Source: Myxococcota bacterium (GTDB taxonomy: Bacteria; Myxococcota_A; UBA9160; UBA4427). From it: a DNA stretch of 64,000 bases. Made by a program: the position numbers and the translations under genes. Where the stretch lies: assembly GCA_046583095.1 (NCBI GenBank), contig JAYGDB010000222.1, positions 6,710-70,709 of the forward strand, read 5' to 3'. The number at the start of each line of letters is the position of its first letter. Position 1 is the first letter of the stretch. The notes beneath the pieces are model-generated. The model saw only the letters and a program-made list of their open reading frames with translations, ran no database searches and had not been told where the DNA came from. Below are positions 42,529 to 54,587 of the stretch, piece after piece.

Positions 42529-43137
42529 ATGAAGCTCTACGATTCGAAGATGGCGCCGAATCCCCGGCGCGTTCGCATTTTCCTTGCCGAGAAAGCCATC
42601 GATGTGCCGACCGTCCAGGTCGACATCGGTGCCAAGGCAAACCTCGAGCCGGGATTCCTCGCCCTGAATCCTCTGGGCCGGGTTCCCGTCCTCGAACTCG
42701 ATGACGGCACCTGCATCGCCGAGAGCGTCGCCATCTGCCGCTACTTCGAAGGCCAGCAGCCCGATCCTGCCTTGATGGGTGTCGACGCTCAGGACGCCGC
42801 AGTCGTCGAGATGTGGCAGAGACGCATGGAGCAGCAGGTGCTCGAGAACATCGCGGGCTGCTTCCGGAATACCCACGACTTCTTCAAGGGCCGCATCCCC
42901 CAGGTGGCCGAGTACGGCGAGGTCTGCCGGGGCTCGGCAACGGAACGCCTGGCCTGGCTCGACGAGGTGCTCGCCGACAGTGAGTTCATCGCCGGCGATC
43001 GCTACACGATTGCCGACATTACGGCCCAGGTCGGCATCGACTTCGGCCGGGTCACGAAGATCGGGATCCAGCCCGACCAGAAGAACCTGGCGCGCTGGCA
43101 CGAGGCCGTCTCGGCCCGGCCGAGCGCCAGCGCCTGA
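42529..43137 (+). CDS. Glutathione S-transferase family protein
   Basis: APNPRRVRIFLAEK, NPLGRVPVL, ESVAICRY, FIAGDRYTIADI. Confidence 0.93.
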   Translation: MKLYDSKMAPNPRRVRIFLAEKAIDVPTVQVDIGAKANLEPGFLALNPLGRVPVLELDDGTCIAESVAICRYFEGQQPDPALMGVDAQDAAVVEMWQRRMEQQVLENIAGCFRNTHDFFKGRIPQVAEYGEVCRGSATERLAWLDEVLADSEFIAGDRYTIADITAQVGIDFGRVTKIGIQPDQKNLARWHEAVSARPSASA

Positions 43138-43159
43138 GACCCGGGAAGAGGAGGGCGCC

Positions 43160-44176
43160 ATGAAGCAGAATCGGCTGGGCCGAACGGGCCTCGTCGTCTC
43201 CGAGATCGGCATCGGGACGATGACCTTTGGCACGATGGCGGACGAGTCCGAGAGCCATGCGATCCTCGACCGAGCGTTCGATGCCGGTGTCACCCTGCTC
43301 GACACGGCGGAGATGTACCCCGTTCCACCGAACGTCAAGTACGCGGGACGCTCGGAAGAGATTTGCGGCAAGTGGCTGAAGAACCGGCCACGCGACTCGG
43401 TCATCATTGCGAGCAAGGTGGCGGGCCCGGGGGGCGGCTGGTTTCTGGGCCCGCTTCGCTCGGGGCACACTGGGCTGGATCGTCACAACATCGAGCGCGC
43501 GGTCGAAGAGAGCCTGCGACGTCTGGACACCGATTACATCGATCTCTACCAGACCCACTGGCCGGATCCCGACTTCCCGATCGACGAGACGCTCGAGGCC
43601 CTCGACCGGCTCGTCGAGGAGGGGAAGATCCGGTACATCGGCTGCTCGAACCAGAGCGCCTACGGTCTGACCAAGAGCCTCTGGTCGGCGGACCGCAACG
43701 GCACCGTTCGCTACGAGACGATCCAGAACAATTTCAGTCTGGTGAATCGTCGCTTCGAGGACGAGTTGGCCGAGGTGTGTCGGCGCGAGCAGGTGAGCTT
43801 GCTGCCCTACAGCCCGCTCGCCGGGGGTGTGCTGTCGGGCAAGTACCAAGAGGGCAAGTGGCCCGATGGCGCTCGCTTCAGTCTGTACCGGAAGGACAAG
43901 GCTCGGGGGGCCAGCATGACGGCGCGCTTCATCAACGAACGCAGCCTGGCGGCGGTCGACGGATTCGGGCAGCTCGCCGCGGACGCGGGGCACTCGCTCG
44001 CGACCTTCGCGACGGCCTGGACGCTCTCCCGCACGTTCGTCGGGTCGACCCTGATCGGAGCTACGAGCGTCGCGCAGCTCGACGGGACCCTGGCCGCAGC
44101 GGGTGTGACCCTGACCGACGACGTCCTCGCGCACTGCGACGCGCTGTCGCGAGAGATTCCGTACCCACTCGGATGA
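43160..44176 (+). CDS. Aldo/keto reductase (Tas-like)
   Basis: GTMTFG, DTAEMYPVPP, DYIDLYQTHWPD, YSPLAGGVLSGKY. Confidence 0.93.
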   Translation: MKQNRLGRTGLVVSEIGIGTMTFGTMADESESHAILDRAFDAGVTLLDTAEMYPVPPNVKYAGRSEEICGKWLKNRPRDSVIIASKVAGPGGGWFLGPLRSGHTGLDRHNIERAVEESLRRLDTDYIDLYQTHWPDPDFPIDETLEALDRLVEEGKIRYIGCSNQSAYGLTKSLWSADRNGTVRYETIQNNFSLVNRRFEDELAEVCRREQVSLLPYSPLAGGVLSGKYQEGKWPDGARFSLYRKDKARGASMTARFINERSLAAVDGFGQLAADAGHSLATFATAWTLSRTFVGSTLIGATSVAQLDGTLAAAGVTLTDDVLAHCDALSREIPYPLG

Positions 44177-44985
44177 GATCCTTCGCCGCGTGCGTCCTCG
44201 GCCTCGCGTGCTCCGTGTTCGTTGCTGAAGCGGCAACCGCGAAGGACCGCGGTGCCGACGGAAAGTTCGAGAAGCGCGTCTCGTCCCACTTCTTCCTGTA
44301 CCAGGACGTGGATATCGACCGCACCTCGGGGTTCCGCGGATCGCGACGCTTCGAGAACAAGGTGCTCGAGACCCTCGAGTCCGCCTACGACTCGCTCGAC
44401 GATCTGCTCGGGCTCCGGCCGTCCCGCCGGATCGAGGTGAGAATCTGGGATCCCGACATCTTCGATCGGGAGTTCGCTTCGCTGTTCCGATTCTCGGCGG
44501 TGGGCTTCTACTCGGGCAAGATCCACGTCCGCGGTGATACCGAACTGCGCGCGCCCCTGGTCCGCACCCTCCACCACGAGCTGGTGCATGCCGCCTGGGA
44601 CGCGGAGGCGCCTTCGTTCCTGCTGCCGGCCTGGCTCAACGAGGGTGTGGCGCAGTGGTTCGGGGCACGCGGCGTCGGGCAGCGCAGGTTGAGCCCCGGC
44701 CAGGCGGGAGCGGTGGCGCAGCTCGGGGGCCAGGGGCTGCTGGTCTCGCTGCTGGACGCAAGCGCTTCGAGCTTTTCGCACCTCGAGCCCGAGTTCGCGC
44801 GAATCGCATACCTGCGGTCGTACGCGTTCATCGACTTTCTCGCTCGCCGCCACGGGGACGACTCGCTCCGGCGACTGTGCAAGACCCTGGTTCGCAAGCG
44901 GAACATCGACCGCGCCTTCTCCGTGACGTTCGGGACGGATCTCGACGGACTCGCGCGACGCTTCGTCTCGGAGTATGGATCGTAG
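44173..44985 (+). CDS. Secreted zinc metallopeptidase (peptidase MA-like)
   Basis: Signal peptide; HELVH (HExxH) followed by PAWLNEGVA. Confidence 0.8.
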   Translation: MRSFAACVLGLACSVFVAEAATAKDRGADGKFEKRVSSHFFLYQDVDIDRTSGFRGSRRFENKVLETLESAYDSLDDLLGLRPSRRIEVRIWDPDIFDREFASLFRFSAVGFYSGKIHVRGDTELRAPLVRTLHHELVHAAWDAEAPSFLLPAWLNEGVAQWFGARGVGQRRLSPGQAGAVAQLGGQGLLVSLLDASASSFSHLEPEFARIAYLRSYAFIDFLARRHGDDSLRRLCKTLVRKRNIDRAFSVTFGTDLDGLARRFVSEYGS

Positions 44986-46024
44986 AGTGATGGCCCGGCT
45001 GGCGAAGCGTAGAATCACGGTTGCGGTGCTTTTCCTGGCCGCGTCGCCGGCTTTCGCCGCGCAGGACGAGGCTTCGGAGCCGCTTCCGCGCCTGAAACGC
45101 TCGACCGGGGACGACGCGGCCACCCTGGCGCCGATCGGGATCACAGACGCGCGGACCCTCGCCAAGAACCAGTGGGCGCTCTCCTACCGCTACGAGTTGA
45201 TCCACAGCGACGGCATGCTCGATGGCTCCGGTCACGAGAGCGCCGACGACGTGTTGGCACTGTTCGAGGAGACGCCGCGCAAGCGCGACGTACGGGCCCA
45301 CCTGATCGGGGTCTCGTACGCGCCCCACAGCCGGGTGACGCTGTCCGCCAAGTTGCCCGTCATCACGCAGCGGACGCACGTCGTCGCAGCGGGCTCACCG
45401 CTGGACCGTTTCACTACCCGCTCCGGCGATGTCGGCGATCTCGAGTTGCGCGCGCTGGTCCCGTTCATGCGGAACCGGAACCAGAGCCTCCAGCTCGAGA
45501 TGGGCATCACCGCGCCGACAGGATCGATCAGCAAGCACGACGAGGGTGCCGGTGGGATGCGCGAGCGGCTCACGGTTCCGCAGCAGACCGGATCGGGGAC
45601 GGTCGATCTACTGCCGGGCTTCGTCTACCGCGGGCGCGCGGAGACCCTGTCCTGGGGTGTGCTCGGACGGGGCACGTTCCGCACCTACGAGAACCGCGGA
45701 GACTACCGTCTTGGCAACGAATACCTGCTTTCGAGCTGGCTCAGCCAGTCGTGGACGGATTGGATCAGCACTTCCGTGCGCCTGTCCTGGACTCGGCGCG
45801 ACTCGACCCACGGCGGGGACGTCGCCGTCCGCAACCCCGAGGGCGATCCGAAGCGCCTTGCCGGGGAGTTCCTCGAAGTCGGACCCGGCGTCAACTTCCA
45901 GTTGCCCTGCTTCGGTGAGCCGCGCTTCGGCGTAGAGATGACCTGGCCGTTCTACCAGACTCTCGATGGACCGCAGCTCGAGCGTGACTGGCAGTTGACG
46001 GCCGGATGGCAGTGGGCCTTCTGA
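44975..46024 (+). CDS. Outer-membrane beta-barrel protein (SphA/MetA-pathway transporter-like)
   Basis: Signal peptide, GDVGD, APTGS, GSGTVD, amphipathic strands, C-terminal WQWAF. Confidence 0.72.
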   Translation: MDRRVMARLAKRRITVAVLFLAASPAFAAQDEASEPLPRLKRSTGDDAATLAPIGITDARTLAKNQWALSYRYELIHSDGMLDGSGHESADDVLALFEETPRKRDVRAHLIGVSYAPHSRVTLSAKLPVITQRTHVVAAGSPLDRFTTRSGDVGDLELRALVPFMRNRNQSLQLEMGITAPTGSISKHDEGAGGMRERLTVPQQTGSGTVDLLPGFVYRGRAETLSWGVLGRGTFRTYENRGDYRLGNEYLLSSWLSQSWTDWISTSVRLSWTRRDSTHGGDVAVRNPEGDPKRLAGEFLEVGPGVNFQLPCFGEPRFGVEMTWPFYQTLDGPQLERDWQLTAGWQWAF

Positions 46025-46102
46025 CGAGTTGGACTGCGGCCGCGGTCGCAGCCATCTCCAGCTGCAGTCGACTGGCGCCCGGGTTCCCTATCATTCCAGG
46101 CC

Positions 46103-47122
46103 ATGCGCGTCTCGGATCTCGCAGACCAGCTTGGCTGTCCCTTCGAGGGCGACGGGGATCACCGCCTGAGTCGAGTGGCGGCGCTGACGGATGGAAGCTC
46201 CGAGGCGCTCGGATTCGTGCGCTCGGAGAAGCTGCTCGCTGAGCTCGAGGCTTCGTCGATTGGCGCCGTGATCGCCCCGCCGGGGCTCGACACCGGCGGC
46301 CGTCCGGTGATTCGATCGAGCAACCCGGGGCTTCACTTCGCGCGTGCTGTCGCGCTGATCCATCCGCCATCGCTGCCGGAGCCTGGCGTTCACCCGCTGG
46401 CCCAGGTCGATCCGAGCGCCGATGTCGACGCGAAGGCGTCGATCGGTCCGCACTGCAGCGTCGGCGCGCGTTGCCGGGTGGCAGCGGGCACGGTGCTGCA
46501 TCCCCACGTCACCGTGTATCCGGACGTGGTCATCGGCCAGGACTGCATGCTGCACGCCCGCGTGGTGGTGCGAGAGGGGACCCGCCTGGGGGATCGGGTG
46601 GTGCTGCAGCCCGGCGTGGTACTCGGGGCGGACGGCTTCGGTTACGTGTTCGACGAGGACGGCGGCTGGGAGCACATCCCTCATACGGGCAACGTCGTGA
46701 TCGAGGACGACGTGGAGATCGGCGCGAACAGCACGATCGATCGCTCGATGCTCGGAGACACCCGGATCGGTCGCGGCACGAAGATCGACAACCTCGTGAT
46801 GGTCGGGCACAACTGCGAAATTGGAGAGCATACGATCGTGGCGGCACAGGTCGGAATGGCGGGTAGCTCCACGGTCGAGCGGCGCGTCGTGATGATGGGG
46901 CAGTCCGCGCTCGCCGGTCACCTCACCGTCGGCGAGGGCTCGTTCGTGGGCGGCCGCGCCGCAGTACACGGGGATGTTCCTCCGGCGACCCGTGTCTGGG
47001 GAACGCCCCACCTGGAGGAGCGGCGCTGGTTTCGCTCGACCGCCGTCTTCGCGAAGTTGCCCGAGCTCGTCAAGCGGGTCCGGGCCATCGAGAAGCATCT
47101 GGGGCTTCGCAAGCGCGATTGA
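46103..47122 (+). CDS. lpxD: UDP-3-O-acylglucosamine N-acyltransferase
   Basis: Hexapeptide repeats, GADGFGY, DDVEIGANSTIDR, TKIDNLVMVGHN. Confidence 0.95.
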   Translation: MRVSDLADQLGCPFEGDGDHRLSRVAALTDGSSEALGFVRSEKLLAELEASSIGAVIAPPGLDTGGRPVIRSSNPGLHFARAVALIHPPSLPEPGVHPLAQVDPSADVDAKASIGPHCSVGARCRVAAGTVLHPHVTVYPDVVIGQDCMLHARVVVREGTRLGDRVVLQPGVVLGADGFGYVFDEDGGWEHIPHTGNVVIEDDVEIGANSTIDRSMLGDTRIGRGTKIDNLVMVGHNCEIGEHTIVAAQVGMAGSSTVERRVVMMGQSALAGHLTVGEGSFVGGRAAVHGDVPPATRVWGTPHLEERRWFRSTAVFAKLPELVKRVRAIEKHLGLRKRD

Positions 47123-47191
47123 CACCGCGCCCGCGCGAACGACGCCGAGCGGCGGGCAACCAGAGCCGGCAAAGACCGCGGGCGTTCGCGG

Positions 47192-47932
47192 CTAGTTCGC
47201 TGCCAGCTCCTCGTCGATCAGCCTCTTGAAGCTCGCGAAGGGCTGAGCGCCCGACAGGAAGCGGCCGTTGACGAAGAAGGCCGGCGTCCCGGTCACGCCG
47301 AGCTTCTGTCCCTGCGCGGAGTCGGCGGCGATCCGCTTCTCGACCTTGTCCGAAGCCGAGTCCTTCTTGAATTTCTCGGTGTCGAGGCCGAGCTCGGTGG
47401 CGTATTCCAGGTACTTCTCTTCGCTCATGCCGCGCTGGTCGGCGAAAATCTTGTCGTGCATCTCCCAGAACTTGCCCTGCATCGCCGCGGCCTCTGAAGC
47501 GGCGTGTGCGGGGCGCGCCTTCGCGTGCATCGAGAGGGGCATGTGCTTGAAGGCGATCTGCACCTTGTCGCCGTACTCCTTCTCGATCTGGTCGAGCGTC
47601 GGGCCGACGCGCCGGCAGAAGGGGCACTGGAAATCCGACCACTCGACGACCTTCACCGGCGCCGAGGCCTTCCCGCGGGCCGGCGCATCGCCGACCTGCA
47701 CGTTGTATTTCTTGTTGGGATCGGGGCGGCCCGGTCGCGACGGTGGCGCGGCGGGTTGGGCCGGCGCGGCGGCGAGCTTGGCGGTCAATTCCTGCATCTG
47801 GCCGACTGCGGCGGCGAGCTGCGCGGAGCCTTCGTCGACCGAGCTCTTGAGAATCATGCCGGTGCTGACGAGCGCGAGGCCGATGACGACCGATGCCACG
47901 ATCAGCGAGCCTCCGGAAGATTGGTCCGACAA
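47192..47932 (-). CDS. Membrane-anchored DsbA/thioredoxin-fold protein
   Basis: AAGGAG RBS before TTG; TM helix; SDFQCPFC; GVTGTPAFFVNG. Confidence 0.9.
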   Translation of the reverse strand: MSDQSSGGSLIVASVVIGLALVSTGMILKSSVDEGSAQLAAAVGQMQELTAKLAAAPAQPAAPPSRPGRPDPNKKYNVQVGDAPARGKASAPVKVVEWSDFQCPFCRRVGPTLDQIEKEYGDKVQIAFKHMPLSMHAKARPAHAASEAAAMQGKFWEMHDKIFADQRGMSEEKYLEYATELGLDTEKFKKDSASDKVEKRIAADSAQGQKLGVTGTPAFFVNGRFLSGAQPFASFKRLIDEELAAN

Positions 47933-48098
47933 GCTTGTCTCCTTCGAGTCCTGAATGGGTCGCGGGAGCTTAGTCTCCCAGCTTGGGACTGACGAGCCCC
48001 GCGAGGGGTCGAGGGGGTTGGATGCCTACAGGGCTCCTTCGGTTCTGCGAGGAATTTTCTTCAGCGTGGGTTCCCCACTCCCTCGGGCCGTGGCGCGC

Positions 48099-48812
48099 TC
48101 ACGACTGGGTTCGCCCATCCCGCGCCCAGTCGGGGCGCGACCGCAACGGTGCCAGGTGGTTCGTGCGATTGAAGGACTCGACGCCGAACACCGAGCCTCC
48201 CGGGACTTCGAGGGTGTGGATCACCGAGATCCCCGCCCACGCGTGGGAGAAGCGCACCCACGCGAACGGGACCGGCTCGATTCCGAGGAGGTGCGAGATC
48301 AGTACCGCGTGGGTGCCCTCGTGGGCGAGGATCAGGATCCTCTGGCGGTGCGAGGGTAGGTGCCAGACACGATGGCCTGAGATTTCGTGGATCTCGAGGC
48401 GATGGTCTCCCTGCAGCAATCCCTCGACGCCGCCTGACACACGCTCGTAGAAGTGGCGAAAGCTCTCGCCGCCGGGCATGGCGTCCCACCACTGGTCGAG
48501 GTGTCGCGCGTTCGCCTCCCGGAAGAAGGCCTGCACCTGCTCACTGGTAAAGCCTTCCATCGGGGGCAGGCCGAGCTCTCGCAGCCACGACCGGATCTCG
48601 AACTCCATGCCGAGGGCGTCGGCGAGGGGTCGAGCAGTCTCGACCGCCCGTCGCAGGGGGCTGACGTAGAACGCGTCGAACTCTTGATGCGAGAGCGCGT
48701 CGGCGGTGAGCTTGGCCTGATCGCGGCCGAGGCGAGTGAGTCCCGGGTCGTCGACCGCCCGCCCGTCGGGCTCCCAGTCCGGTTGCGCATGGCGAATGAG
48801 TACGATCTCCAT
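48099..48812 (-). CDS. Histidine phosphatase family protein
   Basis: LIRHA, SPLRRAVET, GGES, AHEG; AGGAGA RBS before ATG 48812. Confidence 0.9.
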   Translation of the reverse strand: MEIVLIRHAQPDWEPDGRAVDDPGLTRLGRDQAKLTADALSHQEFDAFYVSPLRRAVETARPLADALGMEFEIRSWLRELGLPPMEGFTSEQVQAFFREANARHLDQWWDAMPGGESFRHFYERVSGGVEGLLQGDHRLEIHEISGHRVWHLPSHRQRILILAHEGTHAVLISHLLGIEPVPFAWVRFSHAWAGISVIHTLEVPGGSVFGVESFNRTNHLAPLRSRPDWARDGRTQS

Positions 48813-48895
48813 GCGGTCTCCTGTCCGGGGTTGGCAGCGGGGCGAGGAGGGAGGATCGGGGATACGCGGCGGCTCTGCTAGCGTCGCGCCTCGGC

Positions 48896-49069
48896 ATGGA
48901 CGCACTGTCCTCGTTTCATCCGGCGATTCGAACCTGGTTCGAGCGACGTTTTCCCGCCGGACCGACACCGCCCCAGCAGGCCGGCTGGCCGCCGATCGCC
49001 CGCGGTGAAGACACCCTGATCGCGGCGGTCCTCGAAGAAGAGCTGCAGCAGGATGTCGATACACCGTGA
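48896..49069 (+). pseudogene. lhr: Truncated Lhr-family DEAD/DEAH helicase (57-aa N-terminal stub)
   Basis: Translated by hand: MDALSSFHPAIRTWFERRFPAGPTPPQQAGWPPIARGEDTLIAA|[13 protein letters not shown]. The Q-motif region is Lhr-like, but the expected PTGSGKT is absent. Confidence 0.8.
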
Positions 49070-49956
49070 AGAATTCGGTCGCCTTCTGCTGTCTCGGCGT
49101 GATGGGATACCCGATGGCCGGGCACCTGGCGGCTGCCGGGCACCGTGTCTGTGTCTACAACCGCACGGCCTCGCGGGCGGACGCGTGGCTTGCGGAGTAC
49201 GAGCCGGCCCCGGAGGTCGAGCCTCGCTGTCGGATCGCAGCCTCACCCGCTGAGGCCGCGCGCGGCGTCGAGACGGTCTTCGTCTGCACGGGCAATGACG
49301 ACGATCTTCGCAGCGTCGTGCTCGGGCGCGACGGTGTGCTCTCGGGCATGCAGCCGGGTGCCACCCTGGTCGATCACACGACCGCGTCTCCCTCGATCGC
49401 ACTGGAGATCGACGCGCTCGCACGCCAGGCGGGCGTCGCCTTTCTGGATGCGCCGGTTTCGGGCGGCCAGGCAGGTGCCGAGAGCGGTGCACTCACCATC
49501 ATGCTCGGCGGCGAGCCCGCTGCCTACGCGGCCGTCGAGGCCCTCCTCGACTGCTACGCCCGCAAGCGGCTGTTGATGGGGCCGGCCGGCTCCGGACAGC
49601 TCACGAAGGCAGTCAATCAGATCTGCATCGCAGGGGTCTTGCAAGGGCTGTCGGAGGGGCTGCGCTTCGCCGAGTGCGCGGGTCTCGATGCAGCGCAGGT
49701 CGTCGAGGTGATTTCCCAGGGCGCCGCCCAGTCGTGGCAGATGGACAACCGAGCCGACACGATGCTCGAAGGCGAGTTCGATTTTGGCTTCGCGGTGGAT
49801 TGGATGCGGAAGGATCTCGCCATCGCGATGTCCGAGGCGGAGAAGACCGGCGCCCGGCTCCCGCTGACCGAACTCGTCGACCGCTTCTACGAGCGACTGC
49901 AGGAGCGGGGCGGCGGAAGGCTCGACACTTCGAGCTTGATCGAACTCCTTCGATAG
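49066..49956 (+). CDS. 3-hydroxyisobutyrate dehydrogenase / 2-hydroxy-3-oxopropionate reductase family
   Basis: [38 protein letters not shown]. Confidence 0.92.
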   Translation: MKNSVAFCCLGVMGYPMAGHLAAAGHRVCVYNRTASRADAWLAEYEPAPEVEPRCRIAASPAEAARGVETVFVCTGNDDDLRSVVLGRDGVLSGMQPGATLVDHTTASPSIALEIDALARQAGVAFLDAPVSGGQAGAESGALTIMLGGEPAAYAAVEALLDCYARKRLLMGPAGSGQLTKAVNQICIAGVLQGLSEGLRFAECAGLDAAQVVEVISQGAAQSWQMDNRADTMLEGEFDFGFAVDWMRKDLAIAMSEAEKTGARLPLTELVDRFYERLQERGGGRLDTSSLIELLR

Positions 49957-49993
49957 ACTTCGCGGCTCTCTTCAGAGCGACAAGGGAATCGAC

Positions 49994-51670
<1,677 letters not shown>

Positions 51671-51709
51671 CCGGCGATCTGTTCGCTAGGGGTCGAGCGC
51701 GCGGCGGGA

Positions 51710-52936
51710 TCAGGCGAAGGCCTTGCGGATCCGGTCGATGGCCTCGTCGACGTTCTCGTGGGAGTTGAAGGCCGAGATTCGGAAGTATCCCTCGCCGGCG
51801 GGTCCGAAGCCGGAGCCGGGTGTGCCCACGACGTGGGTCTTCTGCAGCAACTGGTCGAAGAAGTCCCAGGACGTGAGGCCGGCGGGAGTGCGAAGCCAGA
51901 CGTAGGGGGCGTGCTCTCCGCCGAAGACCGTGAAGTGCGCCGACGCGAGCCCTTCCCGCACGCGGCGGGCGTTCTCCATGTAGTAGGCGACCTGTTCGCG
52001 CGTCTCGGCGGCACCTTCGGGTGAGAACACCGCCGCCGCGCCGCGCTGGACGATGTACGGCACCTCGTTGAACTTCGTGGCCTGGCGCCGCGACCAGAGG
52101 TCGTGGATCGGCACTCGCTCGCCGCCGGGGGTCGTTCCGTTCAGCGCCCGCGGCACGACGGTATAGGCACAGCGGACGCCGGTGAAACCCGCGCGCTTCG
52201 AGAAGCTCCGCATCTCGATCGCGCATTCCTGCGCCCCGTCGATCTCGTAGATGGAGTGGGGGAGGGCAGGGTCCTGGATGAAGGCGTCGTAGGCTGCATC
52301 GAAGACGATCACGGTGTCGTTCTCGCGTGCCCACGCGACCCACTTCGCGAGGTTCTCCTTGGACGCGACGGCGCCGGTCGGGTTGTTGGGCGAACACAGA
52401 TAGGCGAGATCGACCCGCTCGCTGGGAGGCTCCGGCGTGAAGCCGTTCTCCTCGGTGGCCGCCAGGTAGTGGATGCCCGCGAAGATGCCGCGCTCGTCGG
52501 CCTCGCCCGTGCGTCCCGCCATCACGTTCGTATCGACGTAGACCGGGTAGCTCGGGTCGGTCACGAGTACCGAGCACTCGCTGCCGAAGATCTCCTGGAT
52601 GTTGCCGCTGTCCTGTTTGCTGCCGTCCGAGACGAAGATCTCGTCGCTCGAGAGCTCGACACCCCGGGATGCGAAGTCGCCCTGGAGGATGGCCTCGACG
52701 AGGAAGTCGTAGCCGTTCTCGGGTCCGTAGCCGTAGGCCTGCTGCAGCTGGTCTTCGACGGCCGCGTGCATGGCCCGGCCGATGGCCGGAGCCAGGGGGA
52801 GAGTGACGTCGCCGATCCCGAGCCGAATCACACTTGCATCGGGATGTGCCTCCGAGAAGGCGCGTACACGCCGTATGATCTCGGGGAAGAGATAGCCGGC
52901 GACGAGCTTGCGGTAGTTCTCGTTGATCTTCGCCAT
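51710..52936 (-). CDS. dapL: LL-diaminopimelate aminotransferase
   Basis: [48 protein letters not shown]. Confidence 0.95.
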   Translation of the reverse strand: MAKINENYRKLVAGYLFPEIIRRVRAFSEAHPDASVIRLGIGDVTLPLAPAIGRAMHAAVEDQLQQAYGYGPENGYDFLVEAILQGDFASRGVELSSDEIFVSDGSKQDSGNIQEIFGSECSVLVTDPSYPVYVDTNVMAGRTGEADERGIFAGIHYLAATEENGFTPEPPSERVDLAYLCSPNNPTGAVASKENLAKWVAWARENDTVIVFDAAYDAFIQDPALPHSIYEIDGAQECAIEMRSFSKRAGFTGVRCAYTVVPRALNGTTPGGERVPIHDLWSRRQATKFNEVPYIVQRGAAAVFSPEGAAETREQVAYYMENARRVREGLASAHFTVFGGEHAPYVWLRTPAGLTSWDFFDQLLQKTHVVGTPGSGFGPAGEGYFRISAFNSHENVDEAIDRIRKAFA

Positions 52937-53814
52937 CAGCGTGGAGCGAGCGCCTCCAGGATCGTCAGGTCGGGGCCGGGCTGCCCGTCGGGTCGGAACG
53001 GTTGAATGCAGACATGGTCGGCGCCCGCATCGTGATGCGCCTGGATTCGGTCGCCGATGGCCTTCTCGTCTCCCCACGCGACGATGGCGTCGACCAGGCG
53101 GTCGCTGCCGCCGTCGGCGAAATCGGCATCGTCGTAGCCGAATTGACGCAGGTTGTTCTGGTAGTTCGGCAGACGCAGGTAGGTCGTCATGTTCGCCCGG
53201 GCGATCTTTCGCGCCTTCGACGGATCGGTCTCGAGCAGCACCATCTGCTCGGGACACAGCCAGGCGTCGGGACCCATCACCTGGCGCGCTCGCGCGGTGT
53301 GCTCCGGCGGGACGAAATAGGGATGAGCGCCGCGGGTACGCTCGGCGGCGAGCCCGAGCATCTTGTCGCGCAGGGCGCCCAGGACGATCGGGGCGTCCTG
53401 CTTGGGATTCGTGCCCATGTAGAGGGCGGCGTCCAGTGCATCGAGTTGTTTGCGCATGGTCGTGACGGGCTTTGTGTACTCATGGCCGCGCACCTTCGAG
53501 ACCAGGTGCTCGTGCGAGACGCCGAGGCCCAGGACGAAGCGGTCCGGAGCCAACTCGGCGACGGTCTTGTGGATCGCCTTCAGGGTCATCGCGTCTCGCG
53601 CGTAGATATTCGCGATGCCGGTCGCGAGGACGAGCCTCTCCGTCTCGGCGGCCAGGAACCCGATGAACGAGAACGGGTCGCGGCCGACGGCCTCGGGGAT
53701 CCATAAGGCGGAGTAGCCCCACTCCTCGATGCGCTGCGCGAATGCGGCAGCCTCGGGCGCCGAGAAGGCGTCCAGCCAGCTCCACACTCCCAGCCGTCCG
53801 ATTTCGGTGCTCAT
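52936..53814 (-). CDS. F420-dependent LLM-class oxidoreductase (TIGR03620-like)
   Basis: [52 protein letters not shown]. Confidence 0.88.
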   Translation of the reverse strand: MSTEIGRLGVWSWLDAFSAPEAAAFAQRIEEWGYSALWIPEAVGRDPFSFIGFLAAETERLVLATGIANIYARDAMTLKAIHKTVAELAPDRFVLGLGVSHEHLVSKVRGHEYTKPVTTMRKQLDALDAALYMGTNPKQDAPIVLGALRDKMLGLAAERTRGAHPYFVPPEHTARARQVMGPDAWLCPEQMVLLETDPSKARKIARANMTTYLRLPNYQNNLRQFGYDDADFADGGSDRLVDAIVAWGDEKAIGDRIQAHHDAGADHVCIQPFRPDGQPGPDLTILEALAPR

Positions 53815-53927
53815 CCGGTTCTCCTCGAGAAAGTCGAGTTCCTGGACGCATCAGCTTACCCCACGGGTCTCGGGTGGGCCTCGTCCGGCCCGGGGCTGCG
53901 GGATATGCAAGACTCGGCTTCGCGGTG

Positions 53928-54518
53928 GTGTCCGAACGAACGAAACAACTCCTCATCGGGCTCGTCGCAGCGGCTGTGCTTGTGATTTCGGTTGGCTGGT
54001 TTGGTAGCGACTCCCTCGAGCGGGACAACGATTTCTGCAACGCCTGTCATCTCGAGCCCGGGCTCCCGCTGCACATCGACATCCGCGAAGACTTCGATGC
54101 CCGTCCCGTGGCGAGCCTGGCAGGAGCGCACGCGGCAGTGATGCGCCCGGCCGGCGGGCCCTTCCTATGCATCGACTGCCACGGCGGGGTGGGCTTGCTC
54201 GGCAGAGCTCGCGTCAAGGTGCTCGCCGGCAGGGACGCATTCTGGTGGGCGGTCGGGCACTTCGAGGAGCCCACCGGAATGCGGTGGCCGCTCTGGGACG
54301 CGGATTGCCGGCAGTGTCATCCGAACTTCGGCGAGGGGACGGACGCGACATCGGCCAACCCGCCGTTCCACGCGCTCGGCGTACACAACGTCGAACTCGG
54401 CGTGTCGTGTGTGGAATGCCACCTGTCTCACGAGACCGGTGGCGACGAAGACCTGTATCATCTGCGCCCGGTCCGCGTGAGAGCACAGTGCGCGCGGTGC
54501 CACGCTGAATTCGAGTGA
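53928..54518 (+). CDS. Membrane-anchored pentaheme cytochrome c (NapC/NrfH-like)
   Basis: N-terminal TM helix followed by five CxxCH: CNACH, CIDCH, CRQCH, CVECH, CARCH; GTG start approximate. Confidence 0.85.
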   Translation: MSERTKQLLIGLVAAAVLVISVGWFGSDSLERDNDFCNACHLEPGLPLHIDIREDFDARPVASLAGAHAAVMRPAGGPFLCIDCHGGVGLLGRARVKVLAGRDAFWWAVGHFEEPTGMRWPLWDADCRQCHPNFGEGTDATSANPPFHALGVHNVELGVSCVECHLSHETGGDEDLYHLRPVRVRAQCARCHAEFE

Positions 54519-54587
54519 TCCCGATGTTGCTTCTTGAGGAGACAGGTGGGCAGCCCCGGTTTCAGAGACAATCGAGAGGAGGGGAGC

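Noticed and set aside
47933-48098. Several hairpins upstream of the DsbA-like gene, a possible ncRNA
   Set aside because: Short GC stems are common here; the region is explained by a promoter (TAAGCT) and RBS, and no recognisable RNA family motif is present
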